A stretch of 64,000 bases of DNA from Gammaproteobacteria bacterium (GCA_013001685.1 JABDMD010000100.1:12731-76730); one strand, 5' to 3'. Shown: positions 26,752-39,329, counted from the stretch's first letter. Translations and numbers: made by a program. The notes: generated from the letters alone by a model not told the origin.

Positions 26752-27666
26752 TTAACGCCTAAATCTCCAAGACTCTGCCTCAATAAATATTCGTTTTACT
26801 TCCTTAAATTTTTGCTTTATTTCTTTATCAATTTTAGCAATCACGTCTTCTATTTGCTCAGTACGTATTTCATCATTAAATTCGACACTAAGATTTACCA
26901 ATATGTACTCTGGCCCCATATGCATAGTTAAGACTTCATTTACTTTCTCAACTCCGCGATATTTATGTACAGTTCTGCGTATGCCATCAACTACAGAATC
27001 TCTGGCACTTTCACCAATCAATAATCCTTTGGTTTCATAAGCCAATACCCCAGCAGTGAGGGCAAGTATTAAGCCAATGACAATAGAACTAGCCCCGTCA
27101 AAATATAGAATTCCGGTTGTAGTTGCCAAATAAATACCAATAAATGCGACGATCAAACCTAACATTGCTGCTGAATCTTCAAACAACACTACAAAAATAG
27201 TTGGATCCTTACCTTTCTTTATCGCCTCAATGTAACCTTGTTTACCTTTTAATTTTTTGAACTCTTTAAATGCAATATAAAGCGGAACACTTTCAAAAAT
27301 CATAGCTAAACCTAATACGACATAATTAATGATTGGCGATTTAATTACACGCGGATGAATCAAGTGTTCAATCCCGTGATATATCGAAATACCAGCGCCT
27401 ACAGCAAAAACCATAATGGCTACAACAAAACTCCAAAAATAAATCTCTTTGCCGTGTCCGAAAGGGAATTTTTCGCTTGCAGGTCGTTTTGCACGTTTAA
27501 GTCCTAATAAAAGTAAGATCTGATTTCCGGTATCCACCAAAGAGTGGATGCCTTCAGATAGCATTGCAGAACTGCCCGTGATCATAGCTGCAATAAACTT
27601 GGTTATCGCAATTAACGAATTGCCAATCAATGCAGCATAAATTACTGTTTTGGTATTTCCCGCCAT
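26752..27666 (-). CDS. Cation diffusion facilitator (CDF) transporter, paralogue
   Basis: Same architecture (HSLVDTGNQ, FEDSAAMLG). By eye it is roughly 40 percent identical to 25352-26266. Confidence 0.85.
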   Translation of the reverse strand: MAGNTKTVIYAALIGNSLIAITKFIAAMITGSSAMLSEGIHSLVDTGNQILLLLGLKRAKRPASEKFPFGHGKEIYFWSFVVAIMVFAVGAGISIYHGIEHLIHPRVIKSPIINYVVLGLAMIFESVPLYIAFKEFKKLKGKQGYIEAIKKGKDPTIFVVLFEDSAAMLGLIVAFIGIYLATTTGILYFDGASSIVIGLILALTAGVLAYETKGLLIGESARDSVVDGIRRTVHKYRGVEKVNEVLTMHMGPEYILVNLSVEFNDEIRTEQIEDVIAKIDKEIKQKFKEVKRIFIEAESWRFRR

Positions 27667-27728
27667 ATTTTATTTATTAATTATTCGGTTAATTCTGAGT
27701 GAAGTAAATGTACTCTCAAGAAAGAACG

Positions 27729-29780
<2,052 letters not shown>

Positions 29781-29901
29781 GTAATTTTAATTGAATCAAG
29801 GCTGTATTGATATGTTTAAGCAGCTTAATTAGCAGAATATCTTGCTCAGACAATGAACACACCGTACTCTTTTGTATAATCTTGAATTACAGAACTGATA
29901 T

Positions 29902-30867
29902 ATGACTTTTAAGGTTGCCATTGTCGGACCTGGCCGTAGTAAACAAGGCACAGGACCATTCATTGCGCGGAGTTTTAAAAAACTCGGATGTGATGTACAA
30001 GCAGTAGTAAGTAGCTCACTAGAATCTGCTAATAAAGCAGTTACTGATTTAAAAAATGAGTATGCAATCAATTGTTATGCTTATGAAAATCTTGAAACAC
30101 TATTGCAAAATCATTCGATCGATATAGTCGCGATTAGCAGCCCCGTTTATTCTCACCAACTACATCTAAGCACCGCTATTCAGGCAGGTTGTCATGTATT
30201 TTGTGAAAAACCCCTTTGGTGGTCTAGTTCGGAAATTATTACAGAAAGTGATGTGCAAACCATTACAAACAAAACTACAGAATTAGTTCAATTATGTAGT
30301 ACCAATAATGTGTTACTGCAATTGAATACACAATGGCCATACACGCTACCTATATATTTTAAGTTATACCCACAGCTCAAAGATCAACAGGCTATCGAAT
30401 CTTTTTCGATGTGGCTAGCACCACAAAGCCAGGGCAGCTCCATGATCATTGATTCCATCTCACATTTAATGAGCATGCTGTATTCCTTGGTCGGTAATGG
30501 AAAAATCAACAATATTGAATCTAATTACCATACAGCGGATGAGCACCAAGACTTGCAGATTGAATTCGATTATTTACATGCATTAGGGGATACACGAGTT
30601 GTAATCACACTTTCTTCTAGTGATGTCTTCCCTAAACCAGCAGCTTATGCAATTAACGGCCTACGTGCGGATAGACATGTTGAACTTCCTAATTACCTGA
30701 TATCATTACGCTCGTCTAAAGATCAATTACCTGTGAAAGATCCACTTGTATGCTCTATTAAGAACTTTATAAGCACTATTCACTCTAAAACTTCATCCGA
30801 TGAAGTTGCATTGATTGATGGTATGACCCATCTTGCGCAAATTTATCAAGCAGTAACCCAACATTAG
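29902..30867 (+). CDS. Gfo/Idh/MocA-family NAD(P)-dependent oxidoreductase
   Basis: An N-terminal Rossmann segment KVAIVGPG and the family EKP motif (FCEKPLWW). Confidence 0.7.
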   Translation: MTFKVAIVGPGRSKQGTGPFIARSFKKLGCDVQAVVSSSLESANKAVTDLKNEYAINCYAYENLETLLQNHSIDIVAISSPVYSHQLHLSTAIQAGCHVFCEKPLWWSSSEIITESDVQTITNKTTELVQLCSTNNVLLQLNTQWPYTLPIYFKLYPQLKDQQAIESFSMWLAPQSQGSSMIIDSISHLMSMLYSLVGNGKINNIESNYHTADEHQDLQIEFDYLHALGDTRVVITLSSSDVFPKPAAYAINGLRADRHVELPNYLISLRSSKDQLPVKDPLVCSIKNFISTIHSKTSSDEVALIDGMTHLAQIYQAVTQH

Positions 30868-30882
30868 AATTAAATTGGAATA

Positions 30883-32268
30883 ATGGAAAAAATACATACT
30901 GAAAGCGGCGAAGTGTTAATGACACTTTCCCCCCTCATTGATTTCACAAAGCATAACTTTGAGGTAAAACTAGATTCTATGCCTTTGCATGTGAAAACGG
31001 TTTCACACGAGGTAATTAAGCAAACTGAGCTATCACCTATTCATGACTTCATGGGCAAACTACGTCAACCAGAAGTACTTGGTAAATTAAAAGAGTATGT
31101 AGCCTGGCAAGTGCAGTGGCGAGAAGGCTATGCGAACAACTCTATGACACTTGACGAAGCCTTAGAAATGGCACCAATCAGTGCACCGATCTCAATTAAT
31201 TTAGATGTCACCACTGCCTGTAATTACAAATGTGATCATTGCGTAGACATGGATATACTAAATAAAAACATTAATTACGAGCATGAGAATCTAAAAAACT
31301 CACTGACTTATCTAGCAGAAAAAGGTCTTCGTTCAGTAATTATCATTGGTGGTGGAGAACCTACGGCTTATAAAGGTTTTGAAGATATTGTTCGCCACTT
31401 AAAAGCGATGGATATACAAATAGGCGTAGTAACTAATGGCAGCATGATGAAAAAAGTGGAATCAGTAGCAGAAGTGCTAGATGAACGTGATTGGGTACGC
31501 CTATCTTTAGACTCTGGAACCAATGAAACTTTTCGCGCAATGCATAAGCCTGGTAGCAAGAAAGTTACCCTAGAATGGATTTGCAGCCACATACCTGACA
31601 TCAAAAAGGTTAATCCAAAATTTAAAATAGGTTTTAGTTTCATTATTGTTTGGAAAGATTGCGAAACCAACGATACTAAAATAATTGAAAACGTTGATGA
31701 GATGCTAACCGCTGCCAAAATGGCGAAAGATCATCAATTCGATTACATTTCTTTCAAGCCTTTCTTAACACGGGCTGAAGCCAATAATGCAGAAGTTATC
31801 GGCATTGACAAAGAACAAGCGTATGTAGAGTCGATAATGAAAAAAATACGTGCCTCAGTTACAGAGTCTATGCAATTAGAAGACGATAACTTTGCTGTGA
31901 TTGAAAGCACTAACTTGCGTGTATTAGAAAATGGCACTTACATGAACTACACCGAGCAACCGCATAACTGTCATATGCAGTATTTTAGGCAAGTGTTAAG
32001 TCCTCTTGGTGTATTCAACTGCCCGGTCTACCGCCATGTGCCACAGGCTTTATTAGGTGAGAAACATGCTTACGATACTCAAGCTGGTGTTATTGCAACA
32101 CAGAAAAATACATTGCGATTAATTGAAGCATTTGATGCTACAGAAGAATGCAAAGATGTAACTTGTTTATATAATCACGCAAACTGGTTTATTGAGGATC
32201 TAGTCAATCATCCTGAAAAATTAGACTCATTAGACTCAAGTTTCGATCGCGGCGACTTTTTTCTCTAA
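30883..32268 (+). CDS. Radical SAM enzyme (MoaA/PqqE-like core with about 105-aa N-terminal extension and Cys-rich C-terminus)
   Basis: CNYKCDHC (CxxxCxxC) is followed by IIGGGEPT, VVTNGS and SLDSGTNETF. C-terminal cysteines occur in HNCHMQY...FNCPVY...ECKDVTC. Confidence 0.8.
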   Translation: MEKIHTESGEVLMTLSPLIDFTKHNFEVKLDSMPLHVKTVSHEVIKQTELSPIHDFMGKLRQPEVLGKLKEYVAWQVQWREGYANNSMTLDEALEMAPISAPISINLDVTTACNYKCDHCVDMDILNKNINYEHENLKNSLTYLAEKGLRSVIIIGGGEPTAYKGFEDIVRHLKAMDIQIGVVTNGSMMKKVESVAEVLDERDWVRLSLDSGTNETFRAMHKPGSKKVTLEWICSHIPDIKKVNPKFKIGFSFIIVWKDCETNDTKIIENVDEMLTAAKMAKDHQFDYISFKPFLTRAEANNAEVIGIDKEQAYVESIMKKIRASVTESMQLEDDNFAVIESTNLRVLENGTYMNYTEQPHNCHMQYFRQVLSPLGVFNCPVYRHVPQALLGEKHAYDTQAGVIATQKNTLRLIEAFDATEECKDVTCLYNHANWFIEDLVNHPEKLDSLDSSFDRGDFFL

Positions 32269-33276
32269 TAATCTCTGTGCACTTTCGTAGACTTTATCTA
32301 CTTCAATATTATTCAAGCAGTTATAATGCCCGTAAGGGCATTGTTTCTTCCAACACGGACTACATTCCAAACCCAAGTACTGAATTTCTTTTTTATCCGT
32401 TAATGGTGGTGTGTACTTTGGCGTTATTGCACCGTATATAGCTACTACAGGCCTACCTACCGCCGCTGCAATATGCATCAATCCCGAATCATTAGTGATT
32501 GCAACCTTTACTAAAGAAAGTAGATCAACCACCTCTTCCAAACTCGTTTGTCCGCAAAAATTAAGCGCATCACCATTTGATGCTTGTGCGATTTCCTCAC
32601 CTACGGATTTGTCTTTTGGAGAACCAAAAACATATACGTTATAACCTTGTTGTTTAAATCGGATGGCAAGTTCACCAAAATATTTTCCTGGCCACTGTTT
32701 AGACGGACCAAACTCAGCACCTGGCATGAATGCTACCGCATGTGTTGATTCATCAATACCTAACTTTTTTGCAGCTTGATGGCGCTTTTCTTCGTCAACG
32801 TTAAGTTGTGGATAATAAATCTGTGGCGCTTGTTTAAGATGGCCGGGCTCAGCCCCTAACTGTAGATATTTTTCTACTGCTTTGTAAGTCAGCTCAGTAT
32901 CTAGTTCGCGCATATCATTTACAATTCCGTAACGCATTTCTCCTCGATAGGCGATGCGATTAGAAATTTTAGCAAAATATGGAATTAACGCCGACTTAAA
33001 GGTGCGCGGCAAAATAATCGCCTTATCATATTCTCCGCGCAGGCTTTTACCCACACGATAACGCTCAACAAGCTGCAGCTTACCGTGCTGGAGATTCACT
33101 TCTATCACCTGACGAACTTCTGGCATGCGCGAAAGCACAGGCGAAGACCATGCTGGGGCTACTACATCAATAGTATTACTTGGATTCTGGCGCTTCAGTG
33201 CGATAAACAAACTCTGCACCATCACCATATCACCAACCCACGCTGGCCCAATTATAAGTATCTTATCTGTACTCAA
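32236..33276 (-). CDS. waaF: ADP-heptose:LPS heptosyltransferase II
   Basis: KILIIGPAWVGDMVMVQSLF at the N-terminus and the GT9 C-terminal NDSGLMHIAAAVG. It overlaps the convergent radical SAM gene by 33 nt. Confidence 0.85.
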   Translation of the reverse strand: MSTDKILIIGPAWVGDMVMVQSLFIALKRQNPSNTIDVVAPAWSSPVLSRMPEVRQVIEVNLQHGKLQLVERYRVGKSLRGEYDKAIILPRTFKSALIPYFAKISNRIAYRGEMRYGIVNDMRELDTELTYKAVEKYLQLGAEPGHLKQAPQIYYPQLNVDEEKRHQAAKKLGIDESTHAVAFMPGAEFGPSKQWPGKYFGELAIRFKQQGYNVYVFGSPKDKSVGEEIAQASNGDALNFCGQTSLEEVVDLLSLVKVAITNDSGLMHIAAAVGRPVVAIYGAITPKYTPPLTDKKEIQYLGLECSPCWKKQCPYGHYNCLNNIEVDKVYESAQRLLEKKVAAIET

Positions 33277-33398
33277 GAGCAGTGACTGACCATAGTTAAT
33301 TTATTAATAATTAAGCTTGGAATTATTCTGATATTATGACGTGGGTATAGCGTAAAGCACACTAATAAACCAGACAAACCCACTGGGTATAAAAACAT

Positions 33399-34064
33399 AT
33401 GGATATAGAGCAAGCAAGATTCAATATGATCGAGCAACAAATACGTCCCTGGGATGTATTGGATGTTGACGTTTTAAAAGTTATCGAAGACACACCACGA
33501 GAATTCTACGTTCCTACTCAACATCAAAAACTAGCCTTTTCAGATCTTGAGATACCACTCGATCACGATCAATTTATGATGTCACCTAAATTAGAAGCAC
33601 GGATGCTGCAAGCGCTGCAAATTCAAGTCGATGATAAAGTTTTAGAAATTGGCACTGGATCTGGATTTGTTACCGCATGTCTAGCCAAGCTTGGCAAACA
33701 CGTAGACACCATAGAGTATTATTCAGACCTAAGTACTCATGCACAGACAACTTTACAAAAACAGCAAATAAGAAATATTAGCTTTAAGGTTGGCGACGTA
33801 CTGGATAAAAGTTTTTTTAGTAATCAAATTAATAAACAATATGATGTCATCGCTATAACTGCTTCAATGCCGGTTTACAGTGATATATTTGAAGACTTTT
33901 TGAAAGAGAATGGACGCTTATTTGTAGTGGCTGGAAAAGCACCTGTGATGCATGCAAGACTTATTACACGCATTGATAACTACGGCTTTACTACTACAAA
34001 CTTATTTGAAACAGATTTACAGCCTTTGATTGGCATGCATGCGCCCCAGGTATTTGAACTCTAA
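33399..34064 (+). CDS. Protein-L-isoaspartate O-methyltransferase-family protein
   Basis: SAM motif VLEIGTGSGF and a Pcm-like N-terminal region. Placement next to tolC is common for this paralogue. Confidence 0.75.
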   Translation: MDIEQARFNMIEQQIRPWDVLDVDVLKVIEDTPREFYVPTQHQKLAFSDLEIPLDHDQFMMSPKLEARMLQALQIQVDDKVLEIGTGSGFVTACLAKLGKHVDTIEYYSDLSTHAQTTLQKQQIRNISFKVGDVLDKSFFSNQINKQYDVIAITASMPVYSDIFEDFLKENGRLFVVAGKAPVMHARLITRIDNYGFTTTNLFETDLQPLIGMHAPQVFEL

Positions 34065-34387
34065 TGTTTAAGGAGTTTAGCCCTAAACAGCTAAAAGACC
34101 ATCTTGATCAAACTACCCAAAAGCCTATCTTATTAGATGTAAGAGAGCCTTGGGAGTATGAACGTTGTCATATAGCAGAATCAAAACTTGTCCCTATGAG
34201 AGAAATACCGAATGCATTACAAGATATTGACCCAGATAAAGAAGTTGTTGTGATATGCCATCATGGAATACGCAGTCGTGCGGTAGCGAATTATTTAGCT
34301 CAAAATGATTATTCCAAAGTAATCAATCTTTCTACAGGTATTGATGGTTGGGCGAGAGATATTGATACTTCTATGCCCATCTACTGA
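34064..34387 (+). CDS. Rhodanese-domain protein
   Basis: 107 aa with the active-site loop CHHGIRS. The start overlaps the upstream stop (TAATG). Confidence 0.8.
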   Translation: MFKEFSPKQLKDHLDQTTQKPILLDVREPWEYERCHIAESKLVPMREIPNALQDIDPDKEVVVICHHGIRSRAVANYLAQNDYSKVINLSTGIDGWARDIDTSMPIY

Positions 34388-34449
34388 TGAATTGCTACCG
34401 ATCATTCAATATTCACTTAATACATTAATAAATTTACAGATACATAGAC

Positions 34450-35802
34450 ATGAAATTTTCAAGTAAAAATTTTCTCTACCTAGTTAATATATTCATGCTC
34501 ACTTCAGCAACAATGCTGTCAGTCTCGATATCTAACACCGCACATGCGTTCAGCCTGATGGATGTATATATGCTTGCAAAGCAACAAGACACAGATATTC
34601 AAATAGCTGAATCTCGATATCAAGCAGAAGCACAGGCAAGTCCAATAGCTCGTGCGAATATCTTGCCTCAAGCAAGTTTAAGTGCAAACACAACAGATGT
34701 AAGCCAAGAAACTGATGGCACAACCTTTGGTGTTGCAGGTACAGATGTAGATTTTAATGACCATGGTTACACATTAAATATCACACAAGCACTTTATCAC
34801 CACGATTATTATGTGCAATTACGGCAAGCTAAAAACTCTGTAGCAAGGGCTAGTATTGATCTTGATGCTTCATATCAAGAACTTATTACACGAACAGCCG
34901 ATGCATATTTTAATGTCTTAGCCGAACAAGATAACTTAAATTTTCGTCAATCTGAAATTGAAGCCATCGAACGCCAACTTGAGCAAGCTAAAAAACGCTT
35001 TGAAGTTGGACTTATAGCAATTACAGATGTAAAAGAAGCACAAGCTTCTTACGACTTAGCAGTTGCAAGTGAAATAGAGGCACAAAACGCACTAGAAATT
35101 TCTAAAGATGCATTAGAAGTCATCATTGCGGAACGCGCTAATCGATTAAATCCCTTATCTGATCGCATGCAGTTGATCTCACCGGAGCCAAATGATGTTG
35201 AAGAATGGATAAACAAAGCATTGAATGAAAATTTAAGTCTATTGTCAAGTGAATACACAAGAGAAATTGCTCTGCAAGAAGTCAAGCTACAACAAGCTCA
35301 ACATTACCCAAAACTTGATATTGTCGCTACACACACGGACACAGACACTGGCGGACTATCTGGGAATCGAGAATCCGAAGATTCACGTATAGGCCTCGAA
35401 TTAAGCTTCCCAATCTTTGAAGGTGGGCGCACTTATTATCGAACTAAAGAGGCACGATACAGAGCTTTACTTTCAACAAATGAACATGAAAAAGTCCGTC
35501 GAGAAACCATAAAAAATACACGCGATGCGTATTTGAATGTCATTTCCGGAATCAGCCGTGTAAAAGCACTTGCACGGGCACTTGAGTCAACAGAAGCTGC
35601 AGCCCGCGCTGCAGAAGCAGGATTCCAAGTGGGCACCAGAACATCAGTTGATGTCTTAATAGCTCTACAAGAAACATTTCTTGCTAAACGTGATTATTCA
35701 CGAGCCCGCTATGATTATCTATTAAATACATTGAATTTAAAACAAGCTGTAGGTACTCTTAGTATTGATGATTTAGTTCAGATTGATGGTTGGCTAAATT
35801 AA
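34450..35802 (+). CDS. tolC: TolC-family outer membrane channel
   Basis: Signal peptide, a duplicated coiled-coil/beta-barrel architecture, and typical N-terminal LMDVYMLAKQQDTDIQIAESRY. Confidence 0.9.
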   Translation: MKFSSKNFLYLVNIFMLTSATMLSVSISNTAHAFSLMDVYMLAKQQDTDIQIAESRYQAEAQASPIARANILPQASLSANTTDVSQETDGTTFGVAGTDVDFNDHGYTLNITQALYHHDYYVQLRQAKNSVARASIDLDASYQELITRTADAYFNVLAEQDNLNFRQSEIEAIERQLEQAKKRFEVGLIAITDVKEAQASYDLAVASEIEAQNALEISKDALEVIIAERANRLNPLSDRMQLISPEPNDVEEWINKALNENLSLLSSEYTREIALQEVKLQQAQHYPKLDIVATHTDTDTGGLSGNRESEDSRIGLELSFPIFEGGRTYYRTKEARYRALLSTNEHEKVRRETIKNTRDAYLNVISGISRVKALARALESTEAAARAAEAGFQVGTRTSVDVLIALQETFLAKRDYSRARYDYLLNTLNLKQAVGTLSIDDLVQIDGWLN

Positions 35803-35818
35803 TTCAGATGCTAAAACA

Positions 35819-37066
35819 TTGCACCCTACAAGTACTCGATACAAACTTTCACTTCTTGCACTGAGCCCTCTTGCACTGGCTCATGTAGTCTATCGAGCGT
35901 TTAAAGATGGCGGATGGCGCTACTTTAAACAACGTCTTGGATTTGGATATATAAATCATGAGTCGCGCCCTATACATTTCCACTGTGCATCGGTTGGAGA
36001 ATTCATTACTGCTAAGCCGCTCATAGATGCAATACAGACTAAATATCCCAACAAAAATATCGTTGTAACAACAAACACGCCGACTGCAGCAAGTTTAGTA
36101 GAAAAGCATAAGAATATTACACATCACTATTTACCTATAGATATTACGTTTTCAGTTAAACGTTTTTTAAATAAGGTATACCCCTTATGCACGCTTATTC
36201 TAGAAACTGAGATCTGGCCTACTTACTATTCTTTGGCAGCAAAAAAGTTTGTGCCTTTAGTAATTGTCAACGCTAGGCTCTCAGACAAAACCTCTGAGAC
36301 AAGCAACTTTATAAAAAATGAGTACGCACGTGCACTTGAAAATATAAACTTGGTATTAGCACGCTCAAAAGAAGATCATGAAAAATACATAGCCCTTGGC
36401 GCAGCGAGTGGAAAAACATACTTTGTAGGTAATTTAAAATATGCAATAGCCGATAACACCAATCAAGAACTTGCCTGCACAACAATCAAGAGACCATTTT
36501 TCTTAGCAGCATCAACCCATGATAATGAGGAAACACAACTCTCAGAACATATTGAACTATTAAAAAGAAAAAACTATCTACTAATCCTTGCCCCACGCTA
36601 TCCAGACCGTTGCAAACAACTTTCTGAACAGTTTAAAAATAGCGGGATAAATGTAGCAATACGCAGCAATCGCGACGAAGTTACAGACACAACTGATATC
36701 TACATTGTAGACACCTTAGGTGAATTGAATATATTTTTTAATGAAGCGGCACTAGTATTTGTTGGCGGCTCACTTATTAACCGCGGTGGTCATAATATTT
36801 TAGAGCCAGCTAATTTTGGAAAATGCATAATCGTTGGTCCACATACAAATAATTTTTCTCTCGAAACTACAGATCTACTAGAGGCAGATGCACTTATACA
36901 AGTAAAAGATAATCATCAACTCGGCACTAAGCTGATCACCTTACTAAAGGATGATAATCAACGAGAAGCCTATGGGAAAAATGCCATGCAATTTATGAGA
37001 AAACAATCAGGGATTCTAAATACATATTTAGATCACCTAAATCCTATACTAGAAAATAACTACTAG
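35819..37066 (+). CDS. waaA: 3-deoxy-D-manno-octulosonic acid (Kdo) transferase
   Basis: HCASVGEF and the GGSL...GGHNILEPA motifs of WaaA/KdtA. A TTG start is the only in-frame start near the N-terminus. Confidence 0.9.
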   Translation: MHPTSTRYKLSLLALSPLALAHVVYRAFKDGGWRYFKQRLGFGYINHESRPIHFHCASVGEFITAKPLIDAIQTKYPNKNIVVTTNTPTAASLVEKHKNITHHYLPIDITFSVKRFLNKVYPLCTLILETEIWPTYYSLAAKKFVPLVIVNARLSDKTSETSNFIKNEYARALENINLVLARSKEDHEKYIALGAASGKTYFVGNLKYAIADNTNQELACTTIKRPFFLAASTHDNEETQLSEHIELLKRKNYLLILAPRYPDRCKQLSEQFKNSGINVAIRSNRDEVTDTTDIYIVDTLGELNIFFNEAALVFVGGSLINRGGHNILEPANFGKCIIVGPHTNNFSLETTDLLEADALIQVKDNHQLGTKLITLLKDDNQREAYGKNAMQFMRKQSGILNTYLDHLNPILENNY

Positions 37067-37080
37067 AAACATTACTAGTC

Positions 37081-37809
37081 TTATTTTGCATATCCTTGCA
37101 TAAGTGATGAGAAGTCTGTCGCATTGTAATTAAACTTTTTATCGGCACTTGCTAATTTCACTAACGAGCGTTTAAGACGCTCCAAATTCTTCATCTGCCA
37201 CTTACCCGATGAAGCCTTAATTTCTGACCTATCAAAATCGATCAGATAAACATCTTTTTTCTGATCCAACATAATATTATGAGCATTTAAATCTGCATGA
37301 TTACAATTATGCTGGTGAAATTTTTTGATTACCTGGCCCAACCGTTGCCAATCTTCATCAGAAATAGAATCTTCCATAAGCATGGAGCTGAGTGTTCTGG
37401 CATTTGGAATTAATACCGTGATGATATCTGCATGATAGGTTAAACCACTCTTTTGAATATGCACTGCTGCAGGGTTTGGCACTGGAAGCCCAGCTTTATG
37501 CATTTTCAACAGCATCTCCATTTCAAGCATGGCTCTGGATTTATCTAAACTTGTCCATAAATACTTATCTTCTATGAATTTAGCGGGAACACCACCACGA
37601 TGATAGTGACGTAATACTAAATCTATATTTTTATACTCAAATCTATAGACACACCCTCTTCCATACTGAAGTTTAGTATCATTGGAATTTAGAAATGAGT
37701 TAGACAGCAAATATTCAGGATCAAACAACGTTTGAGGAAACGTTTCGAATAGTAATTTATTGTAGGCAACGATATCATCACCTTCATAGTTAACTACTAT
37801 ATCATTCAT
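37081..37809 (-). CDS. kdkA: Kdo kinase
   Basis: LVLRHYHRGG and HADLNAHNIMLD...YLIDFDR match the KdkA kinase fold. It lies beside waaA. Confidence 0.8.
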   Translation of the reverse strand: MNDIVVNYEGDDIVAYNKLLFETFPQTLFDPEYLLSNSFLNSNDTKLQYGRGCVYRFEYKNIDLVLRHYHRGGVPAKFIEDKYLWTSLDKSRAMLEMEMLLKMHKAGLPVPNPAAVHIQKSGLTYHADIITVLIPNARTLSSMLMEDSISDEDWQRLGQVIKKFHQHNCNHADLNAHNIMLDQKKDVYLIDFDRSEIKASSGKWQMKNLERLKRSLVKLASADKKFNYNATDFSSLMQGYAK

Positions 37810-37876
37810 TACATTTCTTGAATTTTCGATTCTTAATCTAATACTAATAAATTGATTCTACTGGTTTAATCCAATA

Positions 37877-38932
37877 ATGAAACATCCTCCAAGCTCAATT
37901 TGTATACTGCGCTTATCTGCAATTGGAGATGTAACTCATATGATCCCAGTAGTGCGTACTATTCAAAAACACTGGCCAGATACGAAGCTTACTTGGATTA
38001 TAGGCAAAAAAGAGGCTAAATTAGTTGACGACATTGCTGATATTAATTTTGTCATTTTTGACAAGTCTAAAACTATTGCAAGTTATCGATCTATCGCCAA
38101 GGCAATGAAAAACCAAATATTTGATGTATTGATTTGTGCCCAAGTATCTTTTCGAGCTAACTTGATAAGTACACTTATACCTGCAAAACTTAAGCTAGGT
38201 TACGATAAAACTCGCTCCAAAGATTTGCACACTCTATTCACAGGAGAAAGCATAGCTGCTGCTTCCAAACAGCATGTTCTAGATAGTTTTTTTAGCTTTA
38301 TTGAATATCTTGGCATAAATGAACGTCAACTTGCTTGGGATTATGTAATCCCTAAAGAAGCTTATGATTTTGCCGAGCAACATATAGACAAAAAACGACT
38401 TAACGTAATTATAAGTCCCTGCTCTAGTCACCCAAAGCGTAACTGGCGCAATGACCGTTACGCCGCGGTTGCTGATTATGCTGTCGAGTCACTCAATGCT
38501 CATGTCATATTATGTGGTGGACCCTCAGCTATAGAACAAAAAACTGGCGAAGAAATTGAATATTTAATGCATACAAAGGTTACCAATCTGATTGGCAAAG
38601 ACAATTTGAAAAAGTTTCTTGCTCTTATAAAACATGCCGATGTAATCATCACACCCGATTCTGGGCCTGCTCATATGGCAGCTGGTTTGGAAACACCAGT
38701 ACTAGGTTTATATGCTGCAAGTAATTACAAACGTAGCGGCCCATATCTTAGTCAAGAGTGGTGTATAGACAAATATGATGAAGCCTCTAAAAAATTTAAA
38801 AACAAATCAGCTAACGAACTTAAATGGGGCACAAAATTAGAATATGATGGTGTGATGGATCTAATTAGTGTAGAAGACGTTACAAATAAACTAGAACAAC
38901 TCTCAAAACAAATAACAAAAGGCAATAGTTAA
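37877..38932 (+). CDS. Glycosyltransferase family 9 (LPS heptosyltransferase-like)
   Basis: ICILRLSAIGDVTHMIPV at the N-terminus and C-terminal PDSGPAHMAAGLETPVLGLY. Confidence 0.8.
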   Translation: MKHPPSSICILRLSAIGDVTHMIPVVRTIQKHWPDTKLTWIIGKKEAKLVDDIADINFVIFDKSKTIASYRSIAKAMKNQIFDVLICAQVSFRANLISTLIPAKLKLGYDKTRSKDLHTLFTGESIAAASKQHVLDSFFSFIEYLGINERQLAWDYVIPKEAYDFAEQHIDKKRLNVIISPCSSHPKRNWRNDRYAAVADYAVESLNAHVILCGGPSAIEQKTGEEIEYLMHTKVTNLIGKDNLKKFLALIKHADVIITPDSGPAHMAAGLETPVLGLYAASNYKRSGPYLSQEWCIDKYDEASKKFKNKSANELKWGTKLEYDGVMDLISVEDVTNKLEQLSKQITKGNS

Positions 38933-38942
38933 AATTACAAAC

Positions 38943-39329
38943 ATGGAAAACATTAAGGTACCCATATCACCAGGAGAACTGTTAGATAAAATCACCATTC
39001 TAGAAATAAAATCTGAGAATATCGAAGACAAGAAAAAGCTGGCTAACATTGAAACTGAGCTGAAGCTCTTGAGTCAAATATGGGGAAATACTAATCCCGA
39101 TTCTGACCTAGAAGCTCTAAAACAAGAACTAAAAGACAATAATAAAGCCCTATGGGAGATCGAAGATAAAATCCGCATCAAAGAATCGAATAAAGAATTT
39201 GATCACATCTTTGTAGAATTAGCCCGCTCTGTCTACATTCAAAATGACAAACGCGCAGATACGAAGAAGAAGATCAACTTAAAACTTGGATCAATGATCG
39301 TTGAAGAAAAGTCTTATGCAGATTACTAA
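38943..39329 (+). CDS. Hypothetical protein (possibly DUF6165-like)
   Basis: 128 aa. The N-terminal PISPGELLDKITILEIKSENI resembles what I recall of DUF6165. Unverified. Confidence 0.4.
   Translation: MENIKVPISPGELLDKITILEIKSENIEDKKKLANIETELKLLSQIWGNTNPDSDLEALKQELKDNNKALWEIEDKIRIKESNKEFDHIFVELARSVYIQNDKRADTKKKINLKLGSMIVEEKSYADY

Noticed and set aside
29829-30071. 80-aa minus-strand ORF between the riboswitch and the oxidoreductase gene
   Set aside because: It overlaps the Rossmann N-terminus of the Gfo/Idh/MocA gene and has no motif. The region is better explained as a divergent promoter plus the 5' end of that CDS.
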